In this document: piece after piece, positions 27,296 to 39,200 of the stretch
How positions within the stretch are numbered: position 1 is the first letter of the stretch
How the letters are laid out: each line of letters starts with the position of its first letter
NCBI RefSeq assembly: GCF_009914755.1
Contig: NC_060926.1
Origin: the human T2T-CHM13v2.0 reference genome, Homo sapiens
DNA: 64,000 nt
Reading direction: 5' to 3' (one strand)
Notes under the pieces: model-generated
What the model was told of the DNA's origin: nothing
What the model saw: the letters and a program-made list of their open reading frames with translations, nothing else
The model's database searches: none
Program-made: the position numbers and the translations under genes

Positions 27296-28193
27296 CATTT
27301 CAGATGACTCTCCAGAGAATTATGCTATAATTATTTTATATGTAGAGAGAGATAAATAAAATATATAGATGTAAAATAATTACAGCATATATATGAATCT
27401 CCAGAGAATTATAATTCTCTATATAATTCTGCAATCATTTTATTTATATGTATATATATATAAATGTATAGATGTCATCATGTTAGGCTTGATCACATAA
27501 TACTATTTGGGCATTCCTTCTTTTATGATCATTGATATTTGTGGTTGAAATTTCCTTCAGATTTTTGTTATCCTATTTAGATTAACACTTAGGCTGTACT
27601 TAGTACAGTTGACACTAATTTGACTCAATTTTTACTCGTCTTCCTTGTCTAGGAAGCACAAAACATCACTATGTGCTTGTACATTTACTGGCTTCAAATC
27701 ACCAAAAAATACATGTGGGAGGCAAGTGTGAAACTGCTGTTTCATGTCCTCTCCAGGATTAGCTAGGATGGGGCAGATCTGCCTAAGGCAGATGGTGTGA
27801 TTCAAAGTGTTACCCAGGACAAAGAGAGTTGAGATAGGCTGGAAGAAGAGTCATAATAAGAAGGGGGAGTAAATTTGTCTCTGCCAAAGCCAGTCTCCCA
27901 TTTTGAAGGCTTTGTGGCAATTTGATGTGTGTGATCATTTCAGCCTGGCTCAGATGTGTCCTATATTTGAAGAGACCCAACTTCAGCGTTCAAATCAGAA
28001 AGTTTAAGAGTGAGGTCAAATACCATATTCAGGAATGTTGAATTCATCAAAGTATTTCCAAAAAAATGGATTTTTTCAATAACAGAAGCAATCTGGTCCT
28101 GCTGGATTACATTTTAGGGCTGTTTTATAAAAGTTTGCTTATCTGAGAGAAATACAGATACAACTTCATGTACCTTGAAAGGGTAGCAAGGAG

Positions 28194-28354
28194 ATGTCTT
28201 AGCCTCTAAAATGACCCCCAATGATTCCTGCCTTTGCCATGCATGCCATATATACCCCTTTGTAAGAAACTATCTTGGAGTGTAGGTTAGACCTAGTGAC
28301 TCATTTCTAACAAAAAGAATATTGCAAAAATGATGGGAGGTTTCTTATAAGACT
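28194..28354 (+). mobile_element. MLT1E/F MaLR LTR, 5' part
   Basis: agcctctaaaatgacccccaatgattcctgcct ... gacctagtgactcatttctaacaaaaagaatattgcaaaaatgatggga. Confidence 0.8.
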
Positions 28355-29084
28355 AAACATGCAATTATTCAGCAATTGCACTGCTGTGCATTTTTCCCAG
28401 GGATACAAGAACTTGTGATCACCCCAAAACTTGTGCATAAATGTTCATAGCAACTTCATTCATAATAGTTAAAAATTAACATCACCCCAGATGTCCTTCA
28501 ACAGGTAAATGATTAAATAAACAGTGCCACATACCTGCTGTGGAAAACAACTCAGCAATAAACAGGAATTTTTGATACACACAACTTAGATGAATCTCCA
28601 GAGATCTATGCTAAGTGAAAAAGTCAGTCCAAAAAGTTGCATACTGTATGATTCCATTTATATAATGTTTTGAAATAACATTTACAGAAATGAATGGATT
28701 GGTGGTTACCAGAAGTTATGGGCAGGAGAGGATGGAGAGAAAGAAGTGGCAGTAATTATCAAAGCGGAAGGTGAGAAATAATTGTGTTGATGAAACAATT
28801 AGGTACCTTGACTCTGGTAGTGGACACACAAACTTACACATGCGATAATATTGTAAGGGATTAAATACACACACGTATACAACAAAGTAAAAGTGAAACT
28901 GAAGAAATTGGAATAAGATGGATGGAATGTATCAATGGCAATATCCTGGATGTGATATTTTACTACTGTTTTGCAAGATATTACCATTGGTGGGAGCTGG
29001 GTAAAAGGTACATGGGATTTCTTTGTATACTTTCTTCCAACTGCAGATGACTGTATAATTGTCTCAGTAAAAACGTCAACAATT
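28355..29084 (+). mobile_element. L1MC-type LINE-1 3' end nested in MLT1
   Basis: aatgttcatagcaacttcattcataatag, atactgtatgattccatttatata, gttttgcaagatattaccattgg, ttcttccaactgcagatgactgtataattgtctca. Confidence 0.85.
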
Positions 29085-29413
29085 TGATATAGCCTGGCTC
29101 GGTGTCCACCCCCCCAAATCTCATCTTGAATTTTAATCCCCATGTGTTTGGGGAGAGATCTTGTGGGAGGTGATTAGGTCACGGGGGTGGTTCCCCCATG
29201 CTATTCTTATGATAATGAATAAGTTCTCATGAGATCTGAAGGTTTTATAAGGGGCTTTTCCCCCTTCACTCTACACTTCTCTCTCCTGCTGCCATGTGAA
29301 GATGGACATGTTTGCTTCCCATTCCATTATGATTGTAAGTTTCCTGAGGCATCCCCAGCCATGTTGAACTGTGAGTCAATTAAACCTATTTTCTTTATAA
29401 ATTACTCAGTCTT
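29085..29413 (+). mobile_element. THE1C/D MaLR LTR, 3'-truncated
   Basis: tgatatagcctggctc ... caaatctcatcttgaatt ... catgagatctgaaggttttataaggggcttttcccc ... aactgtgagtcaattaaacct; the terminal about 35 nt ending ACTAATACA is absent. Confidence 0.92.
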
Positions 29414-29835
29414 GCCCCTTTCTTTCCCCTGCTCTGGGGGAAAACCTGCTGCCATGTTGTAAGTAGCACTATTTCAAGGCTCAGGAATTAAACAAACAAA
29501 CAAACAAACAAAAAACATAAGCCAAAACAAAACTAAAAAAAAAATGATGTCATCAAACAATAGCCAGCAAGGAACAGGAGTCTCATGGTTAGCTATGTGA
29601 ATTGTCTTAGAAATGGTATCTTTAGCCACTGGGTGAGCTTGAAGGCAGATTCTCCCCCAGTCAAGTCTTCAGATGACTGCAACTATGCCCATCCCTTGTG
29701 AGAGGCCCTGAGCTAGAGGTGCCCCGATAAGCCAGACTAGAATTCATGACCTCCAGAATCTGTGAGATAGTAAATATTTGCTATTTTAAGTTGCTGAGTT
29801 TTGAGGTAATTTGTAAGACAGCAGTAGATGACTTT
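29414..29835 (+). mobile_element. MLT1E/F MaLR LTR, 3' part
   Basis: gctctgggggaaaacctgctgccatgttgt, gtgagcttgaaggcagattctcccccagtcaagtcttcagatgactgca, tgtgagatagtaaatatttgctattttaag, ggtaatttgt ... gcagtagatgact. Confidence 0.85.
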
Positions 29836-29989
29836 CAGAAGGACCACACAACTGACAATGATACAACCTAAAAAACGTCTCCATTCAGTGCCTCACAGGG
29901 TCTCACGGGGTGGCAGTGTCCCCATTCTCTCTCCTTCTTTTAACCTTTCCCTATTCAAATAAACAAACAAACAAAGTTCCAGCCCCATG

Positions 29990-30420
29990 GCATATCTGTA
30001 TGCCCCTGTCATACTCTGCCTGCTGTAAGCTGCAAGGCTGAAAGCTGTAGCTAAAACGGGTATGGACAGGTGTGGATCTCCCATTTTCTGGCTTCTTTTG
30101 GGTTGGATGAATGGGAAATAATCTTGGAGAACAGTGAAGTTAAGATTTACATTTCCTGGCTATCTTCTTGTAAGGTCACCTGAAGGAAGCTGTATGACTG
30201 TATCCATTGAGAGAAGGTTCTGACCCTCTCAAAGCAGCTTGTGGCCCTGGACTCCAGACTCTCATTCTTCTGTTCATCTCCTCAGGTCCAGGGCTAGACA
30301 ACATCTCTAACATTCTTAGCTCTGAGTTCTCTGAGTCACTGTGGTTCCTCTACACTCCAACCACAGTTTGCAGAGTCTCTGGAAAATTACCCCACTATGC
30401 TTCCTATTCAGATTCAATGA
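29990..30420 (+). mobile_element. LTR33-like ERVL LTR (degenerate)
   Basis: tctggcttcttttgggttggatgaatgggaaa, tcctcaggtccagggctaga, ctgtggttcctctacactc resemble LTR33. Confidence 0.5.
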
Positions 30421-30490
30421 TTTTAAATCTTACTCTTCTCTTCTCTCACACTTTTTCTAACTTCACACCTTTTCCTTCCACCAACACAAC

Positions 30491-30717
30491 TAACTTGCTT
30501 ACCTTCCATCCCTACCTTCCCTTCCTTCCTTCCTTCTTTCCTACCTTCCTTCTTTCCTTCCTTCCTTCTTCCTTTTCTTTCTTTCTCCTTTCCTTCTTCC
30601 TTTTCTTTATCTCTATTTCCTTCCTTCCTTCCTTCCTTCCTTTCTTTCTCTCTTTCTCTCTTTCTTTCTTTTTCTTTCATTTCTTCTCTTCCCTTTCTTT
30701 CTCTCTTTCTTTTTCTT
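30491..30717. repeat. (CCTT/CTTT)n polypyrimidine tract
   Basis: About 230 nt almost purely C/T. Confidence 0.95.
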
Positions 30718-30844
30718 AGGTCACCTTGATGCCCTTTCTAATGATAATAAATTTAGCTCTTCTAATTCTCTCTCAGGACCTATAACTGAGCACCACAAAC
30801 AGTGTTACTTAGAAGACAGAAATTGGACGCTATTGTGAAGATGT

Positions 30845-30889
30845 TGCTATTTTGGTTCATGACTATTTTGATCATGCTATTTTGGTTCA
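30845..30889. repeat. 3 x 15-bp tandem repeat
   Basis: tgctattttggttca / tgactattttgatca / tgctattttggttca. Confidence 0.9.
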
Positions 30890-33540
30890 CTGTGTAAAGT
30901 TGTGCAAGTTTTGCATGTGACAACAACTTTCAATCAGAGGGAGCAAATGAAGGCTGAAGTCCAGATGAGACCATACTCCACTTGTCACACATTGGAGCTG
31001 CGCATAGGACAGACACTGAATCAATAGAACAGCACATATATTTTCTTCTATAGGCCCCTTCTGCTAACCAAGTCATGCTCCTAGAAGGGTTCCTCTGCTG
31101 CCTGGAGGGGACCCTCTTTCTAAGTAGTACCAAGGTCATTCTCTTCTCTCTGAGGTTTTGTTTTGTCTGTCACATTAGGATTATTATTTATATTGTCCCC
31201 TAAAAGTGCACTAGCACAGAAACCCTTCAAACAAACAGGAAGAATTTTTGGACCAAAATGTGTAATTTTAGAGTAGAAAATCACAGAGGATATCTGTAGT
31301 CTGCTTAGGTAACCATAACCATCGTGTTTCCCTTTATTTGGCAAAGTTTCCTTCATTTATCATTTATCAGATTTCTGTAGCCCATTGAATGGTAGTCAAC
31401 ATGACTGGGCTTCAATGAAAACATAAAATTAAGCCATAATGTAAGATATTTTTGAAGCTACTTTGGCATCTCAGTTTCACCAAGGCCCTATGTGTTCTGA
31501 GATCCTCTCAGCCTATGATGCATCCTCACGAGTTATCTATAGAGCAAAATTTGAATGCAAGTGACAAACACACACACAGTCTAAGCATAAGCATGGGATA
31601 CCATTTTTTAAAAGTGTTCAGGAATTTGGATAAAAGCTGATCTGTGAATTATCTGAAAACTGAACATGTCCTATTCACTAATTATTTAATTTAATCATGG
31701 GATGGTCTCTGTGTCTTAGGGTGTCTTGTGCTTTGAGGTTCCTGGGTCTATATAAAGGAATCTAGTTACTTCTGCACTGGATTTGCAGTGCATTGCATAG
31801 AATAATGACAGTCATTCTCAGGAAACAAAGCCTTACTTCCATGAAATGGCACTTCCTAAAGCTGCCCTGTGGTATGACTCTTTTACTGGAGTTGAACCTT
31901 TTCCTATGCAGCTTAACAAAAAGGTATTGCTAGAAGTTCTGGGCAGTAATTTAATTTGGTATGATAGTGTGATGATTAAATGGATCTATGTCACCTTTCC
32001 TTTACTTAATGTATGGAACAGTTTTAATTTTAATAAATATTTTCTATGTAAACATTTAATTCGTTGGAGTTCTTAATGCTAAATGTTGAACTCATTCTCA
32101 TTAAAATTGCACTTTAAAATCATCTCCACTATGTCCTAATAAATCTGTTATTAAAATATTGGGTTTTGTGAAGATTGTTTTCCTCTGTGATGCATATTAC
32201 TTCAAAGATTTCACTTGTAAAGCAGGTAATGAGAAGATGCTCTTTTGGATTTTACTGTAATTTAAGTAACTCTTTTTATTAAAAAGAAAGGTAAATACAA
32301 ATGGGAAATGGGATAAACATTGAGAGCAAAATGTTTCTCAGACATGACAGAATATAATAAAGCTCCTTCCAAATATGTGGTTTTATGCTTCTAAGCTAAA
32401 AAACATATTCTCTCTTATAAACATCTAGCTTTTTAAAATAAAATAATATAGTAGGCAGAATAAAAGAATTTTGTGCCCATAGAGCTTTCAAGGTTTTTAT
32501 GAGCATTTATTAATAAATATATGCAAATATTCCTTTTTCTATATTTTCTCCTTGTTGGCCAACTGCAAACTGATCACTTACAATTGTACTTGAGTGTTTA
32601 GTGACCAGAAAATTTACAAATGCTGCTGCCGCTAGAGAAACTGAAAGTGCACAAGCAGATTGAAGGAAATACTACAGGCAAAAATTAGCCATCGTTAGTT
32701 ACCGCGGCTAATATTGCAGAAAATTGAAATGCTTGCCTCACTGAGAATTGGAAAACATTTCTGAAGTTATTTGGAGCAATCCAAAAGACTCTTATATATA
32801 CATAGATATAATCATTCTACGACATTGTGTTGTTATATTTTGCAACTATATTTTAAAATTCATTTGTACTTAATTAGATCTAAGATATTTTTAAAAATAT
32901 AATTCCAAGCTCTTCGTTTGCATTTTATGACTGTATATTTAAAAATCTCATAAGAAGACAAAACTTTTAGGATATGCATGCTGTAATTTATTATTAGTTT
33001 TTTCCACTAGTTCTTCACTAATATAACTGTCATATTGATATTCCAGGGTTACTTTTACAAAATTACCTCACATTAAGATTTTTTCCTCTGAACATGTCCT
33101 TACTAAATCACCACTAAACCATTAGGTAATCAGTGTTTTCTTGGCTGACTGATAGGACTTGAAATTACAATTTAAGATTCAGTTGGAAAATATATTCATT
33201 GAAGACATACTATGTTCAATGACACTCATTTAGATCTTACAAAAAATTTAGAAATAAGGAAGAAGAATTATATTATTTAGTGAGGAACACATATATATCA
33301 ACAATCAAAATACCGGGCAGAATGTTCTAAATGTTTTAGTAGAGGTAAATGCATGCTACCCCATTAAGAAAACAATTTTTTTTCACTGCTACATGTATTT
33401 CCTTTGTTTTTACAGGATTTATTTATTTATTTATTTTTTCCATGTAATGACCTCTCTCTGTCTCTCTCTTTCTTAAATATATTGGCATATTCAAGAGCTC
33501 TTAGTCTTTCTCTATATTTCAGAAAGAATGAGAGGGGTTA

Positions 33541-33582
33541 ACAGAGAGAGAGTGAGAGTGAGTGAGAGAGAGAGAAAGAAAG
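33541..33582. repeat. (GA/GAGT)n simple repeat
   Basis: acagagagagagtgagagtgagtgagagagagagaaagaaag. Confidence 0.85.
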
Positions 33583-36074
33583 AATTGTGAGGTAAAATTT
33601 TAGGATACTTTAAAAATACATATTCATATGTATGTGTTTAGTTTTTGCTTTTAAGGGACATCATAATTGATTTCTCCTATATATAGCCTTTTTCCCCTCT
33701 CATGCAACTAATGGCTATTGATATTTTCAATGTTAATGTTCACAGATGACCTTACTGTGAATATCTCTGTCAAGTACATTTCCCTGACACCTGTTATAAA
33801 CTGCTACAGGCTTCCATGCACATGTGACACCATATTGGAATGATCCAGTTCATTTGGCATAATGCAAATAGGTAGAGTACATGTTGCCTAACATATTTAA
33901 GCAGCATTATATTTTGATCAAGGGAGACTTTGGGAAGATTTTAGATGGTGTAATGTATAAAGATTCTTTCAGAGTGCTTATTATTAAAACCACCAACCAA
34001 ATAAATGCCATTGAAAAACATGCCATTCTTGGTTAAAGATAATGTTGAGACATATGATAAAATATGTGTAATTAAATTAGAATTTTCACGAAGTCATCAT
34101 ACATATGGCCATAAGTAAAAGTGTGTAGGCATATTATTTTTTAAAGCATTTGCACTTTTATTTGACTCTAAATCTTTCCTGAAGGATTTTTTGACTCGTA
34201 AGTTTTCTTAAATGGATTAAAATGATCAAATGGAAGAAGTTCTGTGGGAATTCTCGGTTTTGAAGCATGTCCTATATACTGAGGAACCATGAAGCATTTA
34301 GCACCATTAGTATGGAACTGATAAAAAGTTCTATCTGCCATTGATTTCTCACACTGTTAGTATGGAACAGGGTTAGCATAATACAGAATAAAAATAAATT
34401 TTAAGATTAACTAAATGACTTCTTTCATTTAATAAAAAATTTTTATGTGCCTACTAGGTGCAATGTCTTTGTGCTTGGTTTATTGATTTATAACTGAATA
34501 CAATCCAATTCCTGTCTTCAAAGAATTTTTATTACCCACACACACACAGATTCTCAGACATGGTGTGTACAGCCTAGCAAAGATTTTCTCTCAGTTCAGG
34601 CATAAAGTAGTGGCCTGAAGGAGGACATAGTTATTTGATAATACAAAGTTACAAACCAAACAAGAAACTGCAAAGTAATGTCATTTTTCATTTCTTTTAG
34701 GACCGTAATTGCAGATCCCTTTTCCTTAAGAGGAATGAAAGTCCAGGAGACAGGTGAGATGGTCACGTACAGAGGCAGATGTGCCCAATACAAGGGGCAG
34801 GCAATGAGAATCAGACTGGTAGGTATACAAATGTCTATTTTTTTTTGCAAGCTACTAAGGTAAGTACTTAGCACCCTATCACTGTCAGATAGACAGTGAA
34901 GGTAATGATCGCCAACCTTAAGAAAGACCATATGACAAACATATGCTTCACCATAAATGTTATATGTTTCCTGAGTGTAAAGTCATGATTCTTTTACTTC
35001 CTCTTAAAGCCATAATGCATGCATTCTATTATGGTATAGTAAGTGTTTACTTTGTATGTGACTAGATTTTATTTTATTTTCTTCATCTTCTTCCTGGAAT
35101 AGCCTAACTTTCATTTTGTGTTCCTAAAACTTATGCCTTCATTTTGTGATATATTACTTCTAATTGCTATTTAAAAAATAAAATTTAAAAATTTACTTAG
35201 TTTAATAAATGTTTCTACCTATATAACTTATTTCTTAAATTATAGGTTTCTGGTGTCAAGAATTTCTCATTTTCTTATTCGCAGGAGTCAACCCAAGTAG
35301 ATAGTCAACACATGTTTGTTTTCAAATTATTTTTGAATAAGTGTGTCATACAACCAAGTAATTAGAAGGAAAAGGAAACCCAAAATCTACTAGAAATGCA
35401 CAGCTCCACTGTAATACGACACGTTTCCAAAGCATGGTTAGTCTTAGTTCTTTAGTCTTTAGGACTTAGTAAAAATGCAATCATAAACTTAATACACATC
35501 AAATAACAAATTGAGTAGACAGAAACATAAATAATATTGGATTCATAAGCTGCACTGCTATAGTTGTTTATACACAGGGCTTAGGTTTGATTAGGTGGCA
35601 TGGGATGATGCAAATGGCATTACAAATCTCTATTAATTGGGAAAGATTTCCCAAAGGATGTAGATTTTAAATTTCCCTCTAAAGGAGTTGAGTAAAACAG
35701 AATGTTAGAGAAGGGACTATTCTATGTGTGATAGCTTGTTTCCATTAATAGGTAAGAAAATATTAGGTATATTGGAGAGGAAATGCACTTTGGTAGTTTT
35801 GTGGGAGACCCTGAAATTCATAAGCATGATTGCTATGTACATACTGTGGTCAGTGATGGATTAAGTTAGGGTTGGGGACACACAAGGTGACTGCTGTGAA
35901 GGCGGCATTATGTAGAGGGAGCAATTTGAAACAGAAAGCCCAATGAGATGATGATAAAGATCATCATGAAGATGATAAATACACACCTCCATATATATAT
36001 TTGGGGGTGTGTGGCTATTTGTGAGAGATCTCAGTTTATAAAATTTTTCCTATCTTTTTTGCTTTTAATGTTCA

Positions 36075-36210
36075 CAAAATTGTTTAAGGCAAGTGTAATA
36101 CCTTTAAAGGATGAAGAAATATGAAGTGACTTATGTCAAAAGTTCAGAAATATGGAATAGAGAAGGGAACTGAATCCAGGTTTTTCTATATCCAGTCCAA
36201 AGCTCTTTGG
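36075..36210 (-). mobile_element. MIR fragment
   Basis: gatgaagaaat ... gaagtgacttatgtcaaaagttca ... gaactgaatccagg ... cagtccaaagctctt. Confidence 0.6.
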
Positions 36211-39200
36211 AGAGGAAGTAGCAGTGCTTGCTGAGGCGGCCGGGTAAGAGGACTTTTCCAAGGGTGGTGATTCATTCATTCCTGGATAATGTGACTCTAT
36301 CAGCCACAAAAGGCCTTGCTCTCTTTCAGGCTGCTTCGTATTTCAAATTTGTCTATTTAGAAATATGACTAGAGAAGAACAAGGAATATTTTCACTTTTT
36401 TCTTGAAAGGAAACCCTGGTAATTACCAAGTTTTTTACTTCATGAAGTTGTTTTTGCCCACTGATATAAGAACTACTACAAAATTCCACGTTGTATGGTT
36501 TTCACCAACGAAAGCTTCTTAAATAGTATAATAACCACCTAATTTTGTTAAGCATTGCTGCCAATGGGAAAGATGCATGAGCGAAGACTGGAGGATCAGA
36601 CCTAAGCTCTTGGGTGCAGTGGCCATAATAGCTCAGGAGTGGCAGGGAATTATTGATGGCTTCAGAGTCCTAAATATATCACCATTTTCAGTAAATTGAA
36701 AAAATATACCTTGAGTTGTAGTTAAATATATGGTCACTTGATACTGTCTATATGTAGCTTCATTGGGTATATAAAAAAAGAGATTGCCATTGAAAATATG
36801 CTAACCAACAGTTCTTACCCAGAGCAATCTTAATTTTATTTTTAGCTCATGATTTTATCATCAGAATAACTGATAACTGTGTTTGTAGACCCATCCATTC
36901 AAGAGAATAACGTTCTTACTGATTAGGATGGTTGTATAGAGGAGATTCGTTGTTGTCTATTCTGTGAGTGTGAGCTACGCTAATCTTGAAATATTTGGTG
37001 TAGCAAGAACAGTGCATAGTTTATGGGCTCATTCTAATGGTATGTTCCTGCATCCCTCATTTTTCATTGATGGTTATACTATTAAAGAATCAGTTCACAA
37101 GCACCAAATTAAAAGAAGTCAACTTGAATCCACAGCGCATATAAACTGCTTTGGTTCCAACTACAGTGCACTCAAATGGCTAAAAATCAAGTTTAATTTG
37201 ATAACTGGTAGAGGAAATGCTATCTCAGAACTTTAGTCCAGTAAATATCATCTTCACTTTTTGGCAGACACTGTCTGCAACAATGTCCAAATGAGAAAAA
37301 TTCCCCTAGTCAATCACACATTTACCAAAGATATTATAGCAAGTGAGGAGTTCTTAGTATGGATTCACCTTCAGAAGTCCAAAATAAGACTGAGATTTGT
37401 GCTGAGAAATAAAAAATGAACTAATTATTCAGCATAGAATGACCAAAAATATTGCAGAAGCATTTCTTGCAATTCCAGAATTTAATAGGGCGTATTGTTT
37501 ATTATAAAAGATCATTGTTCTGAGTAACTTTTCCCAAGTTGTATAAGCTTGAGGATATTTGTGTTCAAAATCACAGTCCTTCTGTTGGCCACCATGAGTT
37601 TAATTTTACGCCACTCTTTTGGAACTTTGTCATTTATCACGAAGTAATCAGTTAATAATTTATATGTTGGTGTATTAGATCCTAAAACCCCTTTTTTGCT
37701 GATTATGCAAGCGATATTTAGGAGAACTAGAAAGGGAAATAGAATACGAGCTGAACAAAAGACAATTCAAAAAATAAGCTGATGTAAATGATAGCATTTT
37801 TTAATCCATCTCATTGATATTGTTTAAAGATATTTCTGTAGTTACTCAGATGCTTGCATGTCCTTATGCATAGTCAAAGCTGTTTATTTCACACTAAAGT
37901 ATGAGCTCAGATGATTTTTCAACTTGTTTTTTTCCCCTAGACATTTAACAAAACCTGGTCACAAATAAGCTTTGGAGGAGAGTATTTTTCTTATTGGTGA
38001 TTTAGATTGGATCTGAGGAAACAAAGGGTAATTTATAACTTTAATTTACTAAAAGCATGTGAATTGAATATGCTAGGATTCAATATCGGTACTGTGATGC
38101 TTAACTCCAGCTGTATCTGTCTTTGTGAATGGTGATTAAAAAAGGCAAATTTGCTTACATCTTTCCTTGCTGACACTGAGGTCATTGCTTTATGGGTTTG
38201 CTTTCATTTGCTCATCCATAGTAATTTCTATTTTTGGCTACTCTTGCAAAAAATTAGATCCCCTGGATCAAAACAGATATTCTCACAGTGCAATTGTAGC
38301 ACCAGGCAAAAGCTACTGTATATGGAAAAAAAAGAAGAGGAAGAGGAATATGGCTGGTTTCATCATAAAATATAACCAATAACATTATGATACTTAACAT
38401 GGAGAAAACATTTCACACGCTGCTCTTTGTTACCACATAAAAATGCCTTCATAATTGTTGTTCCTTGACACAAGGTCTTTATAAAAGAAATAATTTATTG
38501 TCCTACCTGTGACTGAAATAATGACTAAATCATTAAAGGAAAAGTCTACTAGCTCTTTCAGAGTAAATCTTCCACAACTTGCTATAGTGCTAATCGTAAG
38601 CATGTTATACAGTAAGTTAGCCCGAAGCTAAGTTAAGCAGACAGATTAGGACTGTAATATAGTATCAGGACTCATAAATCAAGCTTGCTTGCAGATTTCC
38701 TTTCACTTACTGCTCCTTCTTACAGTTCAGACAAGTCATAATTACACATCAGTAGGCACTGTGAACCGAGGAATGAGCTACAACATAACGCACAATAAAC
38801 CCTGTCATATAAAAGCAAACTGGATAAAATAACAGAAGCAATACTCCATTTTACAACATCACACTAAAGAATTACACCGTGCCATTGTGTATTATTCTGA
38901 TCAATCATGAATCCATCCACAATTGACAGCTCAGTGGGATAAAATTTACCATTGAAGAATGGTTCCCAGTTTTATTATTTTCTTGTTTGATTATACACAT
39001 TAAGCACAAGACTGTGTGTGATTCTGAAAAGCCACAGGTACATAATATAACACTGCCCTGCACGCATTGCAATTAAATAAATTCTGCTAATGCTCTTTTA
39101 AAGCTTTCTTTTATTAGACATGCTTAAAATAATTCATACCGGATGAACTGTAAGTGGTTCTTTATTCATGTTTTATTAGTATTATAATTTTGAGTAATTA

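Noticed and set aside
30207-30719. 170-aa hydrophobic ORF and its K/E/R-rich antisense ORF
   Set aside because: Translation of the CCTT/CTTT microsatellite and LTR sequence
36625-36650. tRNA A-box-like taatagctcaggagtgg
   Set aside because: No B-box or cloverleaf follows
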